A DNA stretch of 64,000 nucleotides from an uncultured bacterium (GTDB lineage: Bacteria > Krumholzibacteriota > Krumholzibacteriia > Krumholzibacteriales > CAZTHK01): the NCBI GenBank assembly GCA_964613215.1, contig CAZTHK010000002.1, positions 149,685 through 213,684 on the forward strand. The letters run 5' to 3'. A model generated the notes under the pieces. The model worked only from the letters and a program-made list of their open reading frames with translations, was not told the DNA's origin and made no database searches. Below are positions 29,378 through 39,405 of the stretch, piece after piece. A program made the position numbers and the translations under genes. Within the stretch, counting starts at the first letter, position 1, and each line of letters starts with the position of its first letter.

Positions 29378-30537
29378 CCTGCTGACCGGCCGGTTTTCTC
29401 CAGTAGATTTTTCTTTCTGTTAATTCCCAGAGTGCGGCAGAAACATTTCTCCAGCATTCCCCCCACAGTGGCCCAGGAATATAGCAGAGCCGTTTCCCTT
29501 CCCCGCTTTGCCATAGCCGTTCCTGACTCCCCGTTTTGGGCAATCCTTATTATGGAATCCGCTATGGAAGCGGGGTCACGGGGCCGGGCCAGTAAACCGT
29601 TATTCCCATGATCGACTATGGCCCGGTAACCCGGTATTCCGGAAGCTACCACCGGCACCCCCGATGCCATCGCCTCCAGCAGGATAATGCCGAAGCTCTC
29701 CCGGCCGGTAGCAGGAGAACAGAATATATCGGCGCTGGCATAGTAGCGGGGAAGCAGGGAGGGCGGAACCCTTCCCGCCGTGACGATCTCTCCGCTGTAG
29801 AGACGGATCTGGCCGGGGGTAAACAGTTTTCTTAGCTTTCCCTCCCCCACCAGGATAAGTCTGATCCTGCGATTGATTTTCCTTCTGATCAGGGGAAGGC
29901 TCTTTAGCAGGTAGGGAAGGCCTTTTCTCTTGTCCATCCTGCCCACAAATAGAATATTCAGGCTGCCGTCATTGAATTCATCCAGGGGAGGGTTGGATGG
30001 GTGAAAGCGCTCACAATCCACCCCGTTTGGTATGATGGTATACTCGCCGGGGAAGTATCTGGCGGCGAACTGTCTGGCCGATGGCGACACTGCAATCCTG
30101 ACATCCAGCTTCTCCGCCCTCTTGAGCAGGGGTTTCTGAAAAATTCTGTATCCCAGATTGCTATCGGCCGCTGCATGGAAGGTTCCCACCAGTTTCTGAC
30201 CGGGGAGGGCGGCCTTGAGGGCAACCAGTGGAAGGGAGGGCACCAGGGGGCAGTGAGTCTGAATAATATGGAAATTTTCTCTCCGGAATATCCTTTCCAT
30301 CTGCCCCTTCAGGTTAAATCCAAGGGTGACGTTTACCCAGGCTCCGTTAACCGGGACCAGGGCATTTCTGCCGATCCGGATAACCCCCTCGCAGGGTTGA
30401 CAGTCACGCCCATACCGGGTGGTAATAATGGTTACCCGGTGGCCCCTGGACCTAAGCTCCCGGGCGGTGTAATGAACCGCCTCGGTTACTCCGCCGGGTC
30501 TGGGATAGTATGATTGTGACACGATGCCTATATTCAT
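29374..30537 (-). CDS. Glycosyltransferase family 4 (GT-B fold); start at ATG 30537 (MNIGIVSQSYYP) overlapping lpxL-like stop as ATGA
   Basis: GT4 N-term (SYYPRPGGV), C-terminal E-X7-E-like region (FGIILLEAMASGVPVV). Confidence 0.8.
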   Translation of the reverse strand: MNIGIVSQSYYPRPGGVTEAVHYTARELRSRGHRVTIITTRYGRDCQPCEGVIRIGRNALVPVNGAWVNVTLGFNLKGQMERIFRRENFHIIQTHCPLVPSLPLVALKAALPGQKLVGTFHAAADSNLGYRIFQKPLLKRAEKLDVRIAVSPSARQFAARYFPGEYTIIPNGVDCERFHPSNPPLDEFNDGSLNILFVGRMDKRKGLPYLLKSLPLIRRKINRRIRLILVGEGKLRKLFTPGQIRLYSGEIVTAGRVPPSLLPRYYASADIFCSPATGRESFGIILLEAMASGVPVVASGIPGYRAIVDHGNNGLLARPRDPASIADSIIRIAQNGESGTAMAKRGRETALLYSWATVGGMLEKCFCRTLGINRKKNLLEKTGRSAG

Positions 30538-31385
30538 ATCTCTCTGCTCCAGAGATTTCTGAACATGCACCACTGATCGTAGTTTTCCAGAATAATACCT
30601 TCCATCTTGCCATACAGCAAATTGATTATTTCCTCATCCCTCATATTCATACTCATATCTTTATTCAGAACCTCCCTGATAACTATATCATAGCTGTCGT
30701 TTCCCCTTCTCCTGGAATAACCGGCCAGCACAGGTGCTCCCGAATGCCGGTGCAGCCGGACTGCCCCCCCAGGCATAATAACTTTTCTTCCGAAGAAGGT
30801 TACCGGTATTCCGCCTGTGTATATATCTCCGTCCAGAAGAAGTGCCGCTATTCCGCCCGATTTAAGCCCCCTTAAGAGCTTCCTGTAGGAGTGACCGGGA
30901 TTGATCACCCGTATTCCTGTTTTTTCCTTGGTTTCCTTCACCGGAGCGGTAAACAGGGTGTTCATCTGCACGCCGGCTACCACATACATCTTATATCCCA
31001 GGCTGCTGAGGTAGAATGCCGCCCTTTCCCAGTTCCCAACGTGAGCGGTAATGAGAATAGCTCCCGGACCATTCCGAACCGCCCTTTCCAGTATCTCTCT
31101 CCCGTGGAAGGTGATACTCTCCGGATACACAGCACCTCCGGTTGCACTCAACTCGAACATATCGATGATATTGGCGGTATGATTCCTGAATATATTAAAT
31201 ACAGTACTCCGGCCGGCCTCCTTGCCCACGGTCAACAGGTTATTTTTTATGTTGTTCCTTCTGTTAACGGATATCAGGTACAGTATTGCCGCCGATATGT
31301 CCCTCAGCAATCTCTTTATTATCCCGGGGCATGCCCCGGTCAGGGCTGTAACAGTACTGTATATGAGGTTACCTGCGTAAGTCAC
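30534..31385 (-). CDS. Lysophospholipid/lipid A acyltransferase (LpxL/HtrB-like LPLAT superfamily)
   Basis: HX4(D/E) acyltransferase motif ITAHVGNWE; size and fold of lauroyl/myristoyl acyltransferases. Confidence 0.7.
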   Translation of the reverse strand: MTYAGNLIYSTVTALTGACPGIIKRLLRDISAAILYLISVNRRNNIKNNLLTVGKEAGRSTVFNIFRNHTANIIDMFELSATGGAVYPESITFHGREILERAVRNGPGAILITAHVGNWERAAFYLSSLGYKMYVVAGVQMNTLFTAPVKETKEKTGIRVINPGHSYRKLLRGLKSGGIAALLLDGDIYTGGIPVTFFGRKVIMPGGAVRLHRHSGAPVLAGYSRRRGNDSYDIVIREVLNKDMSMNMRDEEIINLLYGKMEGIILENYDQWCMFRNLWSREI

Positions 31386-31650
31386 AATTATTCCAGAATA
31401 GGCAGTAGCCTCCGGCTTGTCAAGGATGTACCCTGCAGGATTTTCCTGATTTTTCCGGTCAGAATATCTATCCGCTATACTGTTCAGTAAAGGTAATGAT
31501 AATTGCGGTGTATACAGGCCGCTCTGTTTCAGCTATCCGGCAGAAACAGAATGGATCCCGGAGTAAAATCAAGTAAAAATTTGAGCTCAAATACCAAATG
31601 CCGCACCTTTTGAACCTTACGAAGTTTTCAGGGGAAGAGGCACTCCATGC

Positions 31651-31847
31651 TCAACCTCAATCCGTCAATAACACCATTGATGCCGGTCGGCCCGGTGGCC
31701 AATTGACGCCGCTTTTTCTTCCATTCCCGGAATCTGGCAACTCCACCATCCGGGGATGAATAAGAAGAGGCCTGATGTGGGCAGGTTGGCCTGTCAACGG
31801 AAAGAATCTCTGGTCCGGTCATTGTAGTTTTACCGGATTGAGGTTAA
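31651..31847 (+). mobile_element. MITE-like element copy A (197 bp) with perfect 10-bp TIRs CCTCAATCCG (31655-31664) / CGGATTGAGG (31834-31843), flanks TCAA/TTAA
   Basis: related copies at 45787-45967 (same orientation) and ~35462-35647 (inverted); 40-nt near-identical block GCCGCTTTTTCTTCCATTCCCGGAATCTGGCAAC. Confidence 0.75.
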
Positions 31848-31974
31848 ATGCCGGACTGCTGATTGTGGGAGATATGTTATTAATACCGCCATTTGTATTA
31901 ACAGGTAAGTTGCTTTATTCCAGTGGCACACTTCTGGCAATTGTATCTGTACCGCTGTAAAGAAGGGAGTCGGA

Positions 31975-32394
31975 TTGCAAGTTTCCACTGAGAATACACT
32001 TTTCATGCAAAAAGCAATTTATTACCTCAGCAGGATTATAGCTGCCAGGGGTGTTATCGAAGTGACTGACCGGAAGATCAACTTTCAGGTCTCGTCACTG
32101 GATTGCTCCTTCGGGATTAATGACCTGTCCATTGACATCTGCTCGGTAAAGGATGTATCACTGGCCGGGGGGGATTTCCACATGAAGGTTGTGGTAATTA
32201 CGGAGGAGAAGGACTATGAATTCGTTCTGTCCAAGGGGAAGGAATTCTACGATCTTCTGAACAGGCTGTGCCGGGACCCGGTGGGAGAGAGTATGCATGG
32301 AGGCGGAGAAATGAATGAGTGCGAGTGTGGCTGCAAGATAAACAGCAATTACCGGTACTGCCCCTGGTGTGGAAAGAAGAACGCAGCTGGCTAG
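31975..32394 (+). CDS. Hypothetical protein with C-terminal zinc-ribbon (CECGC...CPWC)
   Basis: 139-aa ORF; 4-Cys ribbon at C-terminus. Confidence 0.45.
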   Translation: MQVSTENTLFMQKAIYYLSRIIAARGVIEVTDRKINFQVSSLDCSFGINDLSIDICSVKDVSLAGGDFHMKVVVITEEKDYEFVLSKGKEFYDLLNRLCRDPVGESMHGGGEMNECECGCKINSNYRYCPWCGKKNAAG

Positions 32395-32406
32395 CAGAAA
32401 TTCCTG

Positions 32407-32628
32407 TCAGAATATTTTCCTCACCAGATAAAGAATCAGGGTAAGAACTACTGATATAAGTATTGCACTGGTGACGGGTATGTATATGTGGATATTCTCC
32501 TTCTCGATCCTTATGTCGCCGGGGAGGTTAAACAACCAGGAAAATCCACCCTTCCATACCAGCAGGCCTAGTATGGTTATCACTATTCCCACTATAAATA
32601 TGATATGTCCGGCGCTGCGAAATGGCAA
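32407..32628 (-). CDS. DUF2905 family small membrane protein
   Basis: 73 aa, two TM helices flanking NLPGDIRIE..N motif typical of DUF2905. Confidence 0.55.
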   Translation of the reverse strand: MPFRSAGHIIFIVGIVITILGLLVWKGGFSWLFNLPGDIRIEKENIHIYIPVTSAILISVVLTLILYLVRKIF

Positions 32629-32997
32629 TTAATTCTCCTTCTTCCGGAGGGGAATGTCTTAAACGGCGGGTTCGATAATAACTGCCGTGTTTACTTTATA
32701 TAACTTCAGCACTGACCTGGTATTTTAACATTTGCCCCGGCTTAATCAAATCATAATCGATACAGATTGCTGGCCGGCCGGATTATCTCTTGATGATTCA
32801 GAATCAACAGGCAGGTGTGGTTTGCTGCAGTAACATTCATGTTTCCTTCCGGTTGAGAATACAGAGACCCATAAGGCCGGGTTTATCCCCTCTGATCACA
32901 TAATTATCACCTGAACATCGTCATTTGATAGCGTGAAGCATTGATCTGGCAGTTTAATCAGGGGATATCTGTTCAGGCAGGTCTCATGAATATATAA

Positions 32998-35271
32998 CTA
33001 TATCATAAACAGATACTGCAACTTCATGAAGTACTGGCGGTCGGTTACAGCATAACCCTGCCTGCCGTAATCCTCCATGCCGGTTTCCCGGTAATCGTAT
33101 GTGGATCCGATGTAGAAGACGGTGAATGAATTAATCCGGTAGCTCAGCAGGGGATCAAAATCCCAGTGCCCGAACCGGTCGTTGTACTGGGCAACCAGGC
33201 GGAGGGAAAGTTCCCTGGATATCTGAAGGGATAACCTGGTCCATAGAATTGACTGGGAGAACAGACGCTCACCACTGTCAAGACCGTCACTGTATATTCT
33301 GCTGAAGTCAGCCGATAACAGCATCCTGTTCAGGGGCTTTATTTCAGCTGAAAATCCGTATCTGATTTCTTTCCCCATAACCATGTCCCGGCGGGCGATT
33401 CTGTGGCCGTAGTTGATATTGGCACCAAGTTTGAGTGCCCCGGTGGGCTGGGTGCTGAAGTAGGTATGGGCCTGCCAGATGTCTCTGAATTGTATATCCC
33501 TGAACAGCTCGTTGCTCCGCATATAGCTGGAGTGTATCCTCGTCTGGCCGGCCCGGAAGGACATCACCATATCGGTGTTGATCCATTCATCCTTCCTTGT
33601 TCCGCTGAAGTTCCATTCCCTGGCCATATGGATATTTCCCTCCAGGGTTTCCAGGACTTTGCTGTGGTCGAACCTCAGTATGCCCCAGCCGCCCAGCATG
33701 CCCATGCGAGCGTTGTTGGATGGCTCCATCCCGTTGTCAGCCCGGAAGGTGGGGCTGAGCTCCCGGTAGCTGGCTTTCAATAAGTAATTTGCGGTATTTC
33801 TTGAAACCTCACCGGTGAAGGCGTGGCCGGGAAAAGCTTCTCCGTCCAGGGCGGAGGTGTAACTGCCTCCATCGAATGTTTCTGTCCGAAGGGCCTTGTC
33901 ACCCAGGGCGGGATTGTCAACCTCCCTGGTATAGCTTGAGAGGAATTGGAAACGGGCGGAGTTGCTGGGGGAGAGGCGAATGTTGCCGTCTATCCCGGCC
34001 AGGGAGCCGGAGCCTCCCTGATCGAAGCGCCGGTCGGTGGCAATAATACCCAGATGAGACTGCTCTCCCAGGTCACGCTTGTATCTCAATATATTGGAAT
34101 AGCTCTTTCCATTCTGCACTATCTCGCTCTTCTCCTCGAAGGGGATTATTATGGCTGAATGCTGGTCCCGGGCGGTAAGCAGGGCGAGGCTGTTGGGACC
34201 CTTGCGCCATGTCAGTTTGCCGGCTATGATAGGGTCATTGATAGCCCGGGTGTAGACAGCATCGAAGTAGGTGTCGAAGAGATCGCTGCCCTCCTGGAAG
34301 AAGGGCCTCTTCTCCGGGTACTGGAGTGCGAAGGTGGTATTGACATCGATCTGGGCGGCATCGGCTTCCACCTGGCTGAAGTCAGGGTTCAGGGTCACTT
34401 CCGCCTTGAGTTCGGAGGATATGTCGTAGGAAATGCCCAGGGCTGCGTCGGCCACCAGGTCGCCGTTATCCAGGTAGCCGCTTTCATTCATGGAGGCGGA
34501 CTGGTGAGCAACTACCGCCGGAAGCAGCTGAAACCCCGACCCCGGCTCAACGCCGGAGATCCCCTCCATGATTCCCCACTGACAGGGCCAGCAGGATTCG
34601 TCGCGGTCGTATGCGGCCCAGGAGTACTGATAACGCGATTCCCGGGGGCGGTTTCGCCAGAAATCCACTCTCCAGACCTGTTCCCGGCGGTTCGGAAAAT
34701 GAAGGCTGGCAAAAGGTATGGCCATCTCCACCACCCACCCGAAGCTGGTAATCCTTCCGGCTGTTTCAAAGATCATGTCATATGACATATCCTCATCATT
34801 GGATGAGGAGTACAGAATATCTCCGGGTATACCGTAGGGGTTGGAGAGGATTTCATAGGCATAGGTGGCCTCTCCGTAGGTATCCAGGCACAGCCCCACA
34901 TAATCATCCGAATAGAACTTATCCCTCTCGCAGAAGGAGGCCCTTACCTTTTCGGGATTATCATAACAGAGCCAGCCCAGATAGAGGTTTTCCCGGTCGT
35001 AGGTGACCATTACCTCGGTCTTGACTTCGGGCTCCGTCTGGTCACCCGGATTGTGCTCCACGAAGTTTTCCGCCAGGGCGGCTCCCCTCCATCCCGGGTC
35101 ATCCAGCCTGCCGTCTATCTCTATGGTTCCGCGAGCCGGTGATACGTTAAGCCGGGGATGGTAGACCGGGGTGAATTCACCGCCATCCTCTGGGAATACA
35201 GGTGAAGTTCCGGACAGGATTATAACCGGCAGTACTATTGTAATTATTATAATGTAACCGGGATGGTTCAA
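32998..35271 (-). CDS. DUF5916 / CBM9-like domain outer-membrane protein (757 aa, signal peptide)
   Basis: N-terminal signal peptide; CBM9/DOMON-like N-domain (IDGRLDDPGW...ENFVEHNP) followed by long beta-rich C-terminal region ending in aromatic residue. Confidence 0.65.
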   Translation of the reverse strand: MNHPGYIIIITIVLPVIILSGTSPVFPEDGGEFTPVYHPRLNVSPARGTIEIDGRLDDPGWRGAALAENFVEHNPGDQTEPEVKTEVMVTYDRENLYLGWLCYDNPEKVRASFCERDKFYSDDYVGLCLDTYGEATYAYEILSNPYGIPGDILYSSSNDEDMSYDMIFETAGRITSFGWVVEMAIPFASLHFPNRREQVWRVDFWRNRPRESRYQYSWAAYDRDESCWPCQWGIMEGISGVEPGSGFQLLPAVVAHQSASMNESGYLDNGDLVADAALGISYDISSELKAEVTLNPDFSQVEADAAQIDVNTTFALQYPEKRPFFQEGSDLFDTYFDAVYTRAINDPIIAGKLTWRKGPNSLALLTARDQHSAIIIPFEEKSEIVQNGKSYSNILRYKRDLGEQSHLGIIATDRRFDQGGSGSLAGIDGNIRLSPSNSARFQFLSSYTREVDNPALGDKALRTETFDGGSYTSALDGEAFPGHAFTGEVSRNTANYLLKASYRELSPTFRADNGMEPSNNARMGMLGGWGILRFDHSKVLETLEGNIHMAREWNFSGTRKDEWINTDMVMSFRAGQTRIHSSYMRSNELFRDIQFRDIWQAHTYFSTQPTGALKLGANINYGHRIARRDMVMGKEIRYGFSAEIKPLNRMLLSADFSRIYSDGLDSGERLFSQSILWTRLSLQISRELSLRLVAQYNDRFGHWDFDPLLSYRINSFTVFYIGSTYDYRETGMEDYGRQGYAVTDRQYFMKLQYLFMI

Positions 35272-35461
35272 TGATCCTCTCCATCGTTGCAGATTTGGTT
35301 AGATGCGGCAAGATGTGCCGGTGGCACATCTTAGTTCTTATACGTTTATTTCTCCGGATAAGTTTCCTGTTTCCCGGATTATGAAATTGGAGGGAAGCAT
35401 AGAGAAGTTCCCCGCCGTTTTCCGGGCCGGATGTATTTAATATTATAAAATAATCTGCTGT

Positions 35462-35647
35462 TCTCAACCGGCATAATTATTTTTACCCGGATTATTCACG
35501 AGAAGTTACAGCTTTCACTCTTGACCGGTACTAATTATTCATCCCCGGGTGGTGGAGTTGCCAGATTCCGGGAATGGAAGAAAAAGCGGCCTCAATAAGC
35601 GACAGGTGCAAACAGCATCGATGGGATTATTGACTGATTGAGTTTAA
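35462..35647 (-). mobile_element. MITE-like element copy C, inverted relative to copy A; 5' half near-identical to A, 3' TIR degenerate
   Basis: reverse complement aligns with A over ~110 nt including TTAAACTCAATCAGTCAATAA end and GCCGCTTTTTCTTCCATTCCCGGAATCTGGCAAC block. Confidence 0.65.
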
Positions 35648-35777
35648 CCTCAGCAGGGTGTTGATTCCGGCGGATCAGAGCCGTATGTAAACTCATCATC
35701 CCGCTGGACACCAGGCCGGTAATTTGTTATAATTATTCAAATTATAGTAGTATTAAACTTGACGGGAGTTACCGGAA

Positions 35778-38297
35778 ATGATCTTGCCCTGGAGAAGAAT
35801 AGCGGTGTCTACGGCGGTTCTGGTTTTGATTTCGGCGGGGAGTATATTCCCGGATCAGTCACCGGAATTTGACCGCAGCGTGGAAGAGATACAACTTAAA
35901 ATAGAACAGCGGGGATACCACTGGACCGCAGAGCATAATTCCATCACAGAGTTGAGCGGGCGGGAATTTCAGCGAATGCTGGGGGCCAGGATACCCCGGG
36001 GGTTGAAGAGGAGGCTGAAGGAGAAGGGGGATGATCATTATCTCTCTTCCTATGCCCTGCCGTCCAGCTACGACTGGCGCGATTACGGTATGGTTACACC
36101 GGTAAGGGACCAGGGGAGCTGCGGCAGCTGCTGGGACTTCGCCGCCATGGGGGCACTGGAAGCAGTTCTTATGATAAATGAGGGGATAGAGTACGATCTG
36201 TCAGAGCAGCAGATCCTGTCCTGCGAGACCGGTGGATACGGCTGCGACGGAGGGTGGTACTCCTGGGCATGGGACTATATCAGGGATAACGGTTCGGTAT
36301 CGGAAACCTGCATGCCCTACATGGCCTCCGATACCATTCCCTGTACCGATTCCGGCTGTGAGAAACTGGCCACCAACGGCGGCTGGGTGGATGTTCCCAA
36401 CAATGTAACCGCCATCAAGGAGGCGGTGATGATATCACCGGTGGCTACCACTTTTCATGTATACGATGATTTCAGATACTACGGCGGCGGCTGCTACGAG
36501 CATGAGGGGAATGATCCCATAAATCATGCCGTGGTTATAGTGGGATGGTGCGATACCATGTGTGCGGGGGAGGGAGCCTGGCTGGTAAAGAACAGCTGGG
36601 GAACCGACTGGGGCCTGGACGGATATTTCTGGATAAAGTATGGAAGCTGCAATATCGGGTATGCCACCCAGAGGGTAATGTACGATTCCGGCACCGACAT
36701 AGTCTATCAGGGTAACAGCATAGAAGATCCGGGAGGGGATGGGGACGGAAGAGCGGACCCGGGTGAGACTGTGGATATGACAGTGGATATTTTCAATGAG
36801 ATCATTTCACCCGCCAGAACCGGTATAAGTGCAACCATTTCATCCCTGTCGGAAATCGCAGAAGTAATACAGCACTATTCTGATTATCCCGATATGCCCC
36901 CGGGCGGAAGCTGCGGCGGCAGCCCGCCCTTTGAGTTTACCGTAGATCCCTTCGCCGCTCCCGGTTCAGAGGCGGAGTTTGTGATAACCATCAGTGCGGA
37001 CGGAGCATACTCCAGCCAGGATACCTTCAGTATCATGACAGGGGACTGTCCCGTTCTGCTGGTGGATGATGACGACGGTGCCGGTCTGCAGGAATACCTG
37101 GAAGTTTCCCTGGATAATAACAATTACCTCTTCGAGGTGTGGGATGAGAGCGAATCAGGCTATATAACCGGTTCCGTGATGCTGGATTATTCCGTGGTGG
37201 TGTGGATGACCGGGGTGCAGGGAGATATAGAGGAGGATAACCGGACAGCTGTATCCTCTTTTCTGGATAGTGGGGGGAGGCTTCTGATTACCGGTCAGGA
37301 TATCGGCTGGCAGCTCAACCATGACAATATCCCTGAGGAGGAGCAGTTTTACCGTGATTATCTGCGTGCTGAATACATCTCGGATGATTCGGGATACCGG
37401 AGCCTGACCGGAGTGGCCGGTGATCCGGTGGGGGATGGGTTGTTCTTTGACATAGGAGGGGGAAGTGGCAGCTGTTCCCAGGATTATCCCAGCGAGATAG
37501 AACCTTACGGAGGGGGCAGTGCCGTTCTTGAGTATGCCTCCGGCGAGGAGGGGGCGGTGAGATACCAGGACACTGAAAAGCTGATATATCTGGCCTTCGG
37601 CCACGAGGCGGTCAATACCTCTGCGGACAGGGATACCCTGATGAGAAGATGTCTGGAGTGGCTGGTTGATCAGTGGCCTGATCTGGAGCAGCCCCGGGTC
37701 CAGCTGGTTTCTCCCGACGGTGGTGAGGAGATGGAAGGGGGGGAGAGTTTCGAGATAACATGGAGCGCCTCCGATAACAGGGGGGTAAGTGATATCGACA
37801 TACTGCGTTCCTATGACAGCGGGGCCACCTACCCCGATACCGTCGCCCTGGGAGAGCCCAATGACGGAAGTTACATGTGGACCATTCCGGACAGTTCCTC
37901 TTCCACATCCAGAATCAGGGTTATTGCCCATGATTCTGCCGGATTGAGTATGTACGACCAGTCGGATTCAGACTTCTCCACCTCTACCACCTCCGGCAAT
38001 GAGAAGGTACCGGCGGCGGGAAGGGTGAACCTGTCCCAGAACTTCCCCAATCCCTTTAATCCCTCCACCAGCATAGAATTTAATGTCCCCCGTCCAATGC
38101 ATGTCAGGATCGAAATCTACGGTGTCAGGGGCCGGCTGGTAAAGAGGATTCTGGATGAAAGGGTGGAACGGGGACAGCATGAGGTAAAGTGGGAGGGCAG
38201 GGATTCACAGGGCAGGCCGGTGGCATCGGGATTGTACTTCTGCCGGTTGTTTACCCCGGAGGTGACCAGATCGGTCAAAATGGTGCTGATACGGTGA
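35778..38297 (+). CDS. Secreted papain-family (C1) cysteine peptidase with T9SS (Por) C-terminal sorting domain
   Basis: signal peptide; active-site Cys context QGSCGSCWDFAA, His (NHAVVIVGW), Asn (NSWGTDWG); C-terminal ~80 aa with NFPNPFNP...GLYF motif typical of T9SS CTD. Confidence 0.85.
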   Translation: MILPWRRIAVSTAVLVLISAGSIFPDQSPEFDRSVEEIQLKIEQRGYHWTAEHNSITELSGREFQRMLGARIPRGLKRRLKEKGDDHYLSSYALPSSYDWRDYGMVTPVRDQGSCGSCWDFAAMGALEAVLMINEGIEYDLSEQQILSCETGGYGCDGGWYSWAWDYIRDNGSVSETCMPYMASDTIPCTDSGCEKLATNGGWVDVPNNVTAIKEAVMISPVATTFHVYDDFRYYGGGCYEHEGNDPINHAVVIVGWCDTMCAGEGAWLVKNSWGTDWGLDGYFWIKYGSCNIGYATQRVMYDSGTDIVYQGNSIEDPGGDGDGRADPGETVDMTVDIFNEIISPARTGISATISSLSEIAEVIQHYSDYPDMPPGGSCGGSPPFEFTVDPFAAPGSEAEFVITISADGAYSSQDTFSIMTGDCPVLLVDDDDGAGLQEYLEVSLDNNNYLFEVWDESESGYITGSVMLDYSVVVWMTGVQGDIEEDNRTAVSSFLDSGGRLLITGQDIGWQLNHDNIPEEEQFYRDYLRAEYISDDSGYRSLTGVAGDPVGDGLFFDIGGGSGSCSQDYPSEIEPYGGGSAVLEYASGEEGAVRYQDTEKLIYLAFGHEAVNTSADRDTLMRRCLEWLVDQWPDLEQPRVQLVSPDGGEEMEGGESFEITWSASDNRGVSDIDILRSYDSGATYPDTVALGEPNDGSYMWTIPDSSSSTSRIRVIAHDSAGLSMYDQSDSDFSTSTTSGNEKVPAAGRVNLSQNFPNPFNPSTSIEFNVPRPMHVRIEIYGVRGRLVKRILDERVERGQHEVKWEGRDSQGRPVASGLYFCRLFTPEVTRSVKMVLIR

Positions 38298-38541
38298 GCG
38301 CCCGGGGAAGGGGGTGTCTTTTCTAGCCGGCTGAGAGGAGCCGGCCGGGACAAATGCCTGTCAGCCCCGTAGCGGGAGTGAAACTGACCGGTATGTTAAA
38401 GTGAAGGTTACCGATCCTGCAAGTCCGGATTAAAGAGAGTTGAAGGGAATGGATAGAATCTCACCTTGACTGAGACGGGGCTACCAATACCGCTTTCTGC
38501 AATTACAGGTAAAAGTGATCCATCTGCCGGGAGGCGGGGAG

Positions 38542-39402
38542 TCAATCGTCGAATCCTTCGAAGTTCCTGTCCCTGTATGCATCGCAACGTGAGCAGAGCT
38601 CGATCTTCTCACGCTCTCCCCGGGAGAGGTAGAGGGCGTACTTTCTCCTGGTTTCGCCATTCCATATGTCCAGAACACTCTCCTCTTTTACATCCCCGAT
38701 AACCGCCCGTCCGGCAATATCCCAGCAGCACAGCACCGCCCGCCCGTCGGTATAGAAGAACATCTCCTCCCTCATTTTGATACAGGGTTTTCTTACCATC
38801 TCAACCCCATTCTCCCATGCCCAGGTATACAGAGGCACTATCAGGGCCTTATCCGCCCGCTGGCCCCAGTATTCCATGAAGTCATCCTGCTCATCCCTGT
38901 TGATATCCATATCGATCATCCTGACCTCTACCACCACCTGCCGGTCGCTCTGAGAGCTTATCTCTATAAATTGGTTGATATTATCCACCACCCTGTGATA
39001 GTCCAGCCCCACCCTGCACTGGCCGTAGGTTTCCGGCGAGAAGGCATCCACACTGAACCTTACCAGATCGAGCCCGGCTTCTATCAGCTGTTTCGATTTC
39101 TTCCCGCTTAGCAGGTTTCCGTTGGTGTTTATCTCCACTATGGCGGTGGGATCGGACTTGATGTATGAGATAATCTGAGGAAGCCTCTTATCCAGCAATG
39201 CTTCATTCTGAAGGAAGGGCCGGTAAGTAATCCCCAATCCCCTGGTTTCATCAACTATCTTCTTCCATATCCAGTCCGGCATTATCACCGGTTTTCTCTC
39301 TATCTTCTTCTGGGGGCAGAAGGGGCATTTGGCATCACAACCGATAATACTCTCTATCTGAATGTAACCGGGTTGTTCCGGCAGTTTCAAATGTTGGTTC
39401 AA
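38542..39402 (-). CDS. Radical SAM protein with SPASM-like C-terminal Cys cluster
   Basis: CxxxCxxC (CDAKCPFC), C-terminal CCWD...CSRCDAY cluster; 3-nt gap downstream of waaA on same strand. Confidence 0.75.
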   Translation of the reverse strand: MNQHLKLPEQPGYIQIESIIGCDAKCPFCPQKKIERKPVIMPDWIWKKIVDETRGLGITYRPFLQNEALLDKRLPQIISYIKSDPTAIVEINTNGNLLSGKKSKQLIEAGLDLVRFSVDAFSPETYGQCRVGLDYHRVVDNINQFIEISSQSDRQVVVEVRMIDMDINRDEQDDFMEYWGQRADKALIVPLYTWAWENGVEMVRKPCIKMREEMFFYTDGRAVLCCWDIAGRAVIGDVKEESVLDIWNGETRRKYALYLSRGEREKIELCSRCDAYRDRNFEGFDD

Positions 39403-39405
39403 TTT

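Noticed and set aside
38326-38345. Hairpin GCCGGCT-gagagg-AGCCGGC between the convergent protease and radical SAM genes as a terminator
   Set aside because: No U-tract follows the hairpin on either strand; the T-run precedes it on the plus strand. It is at best a non-canonical or bidirectional terminator, so I did not call it.
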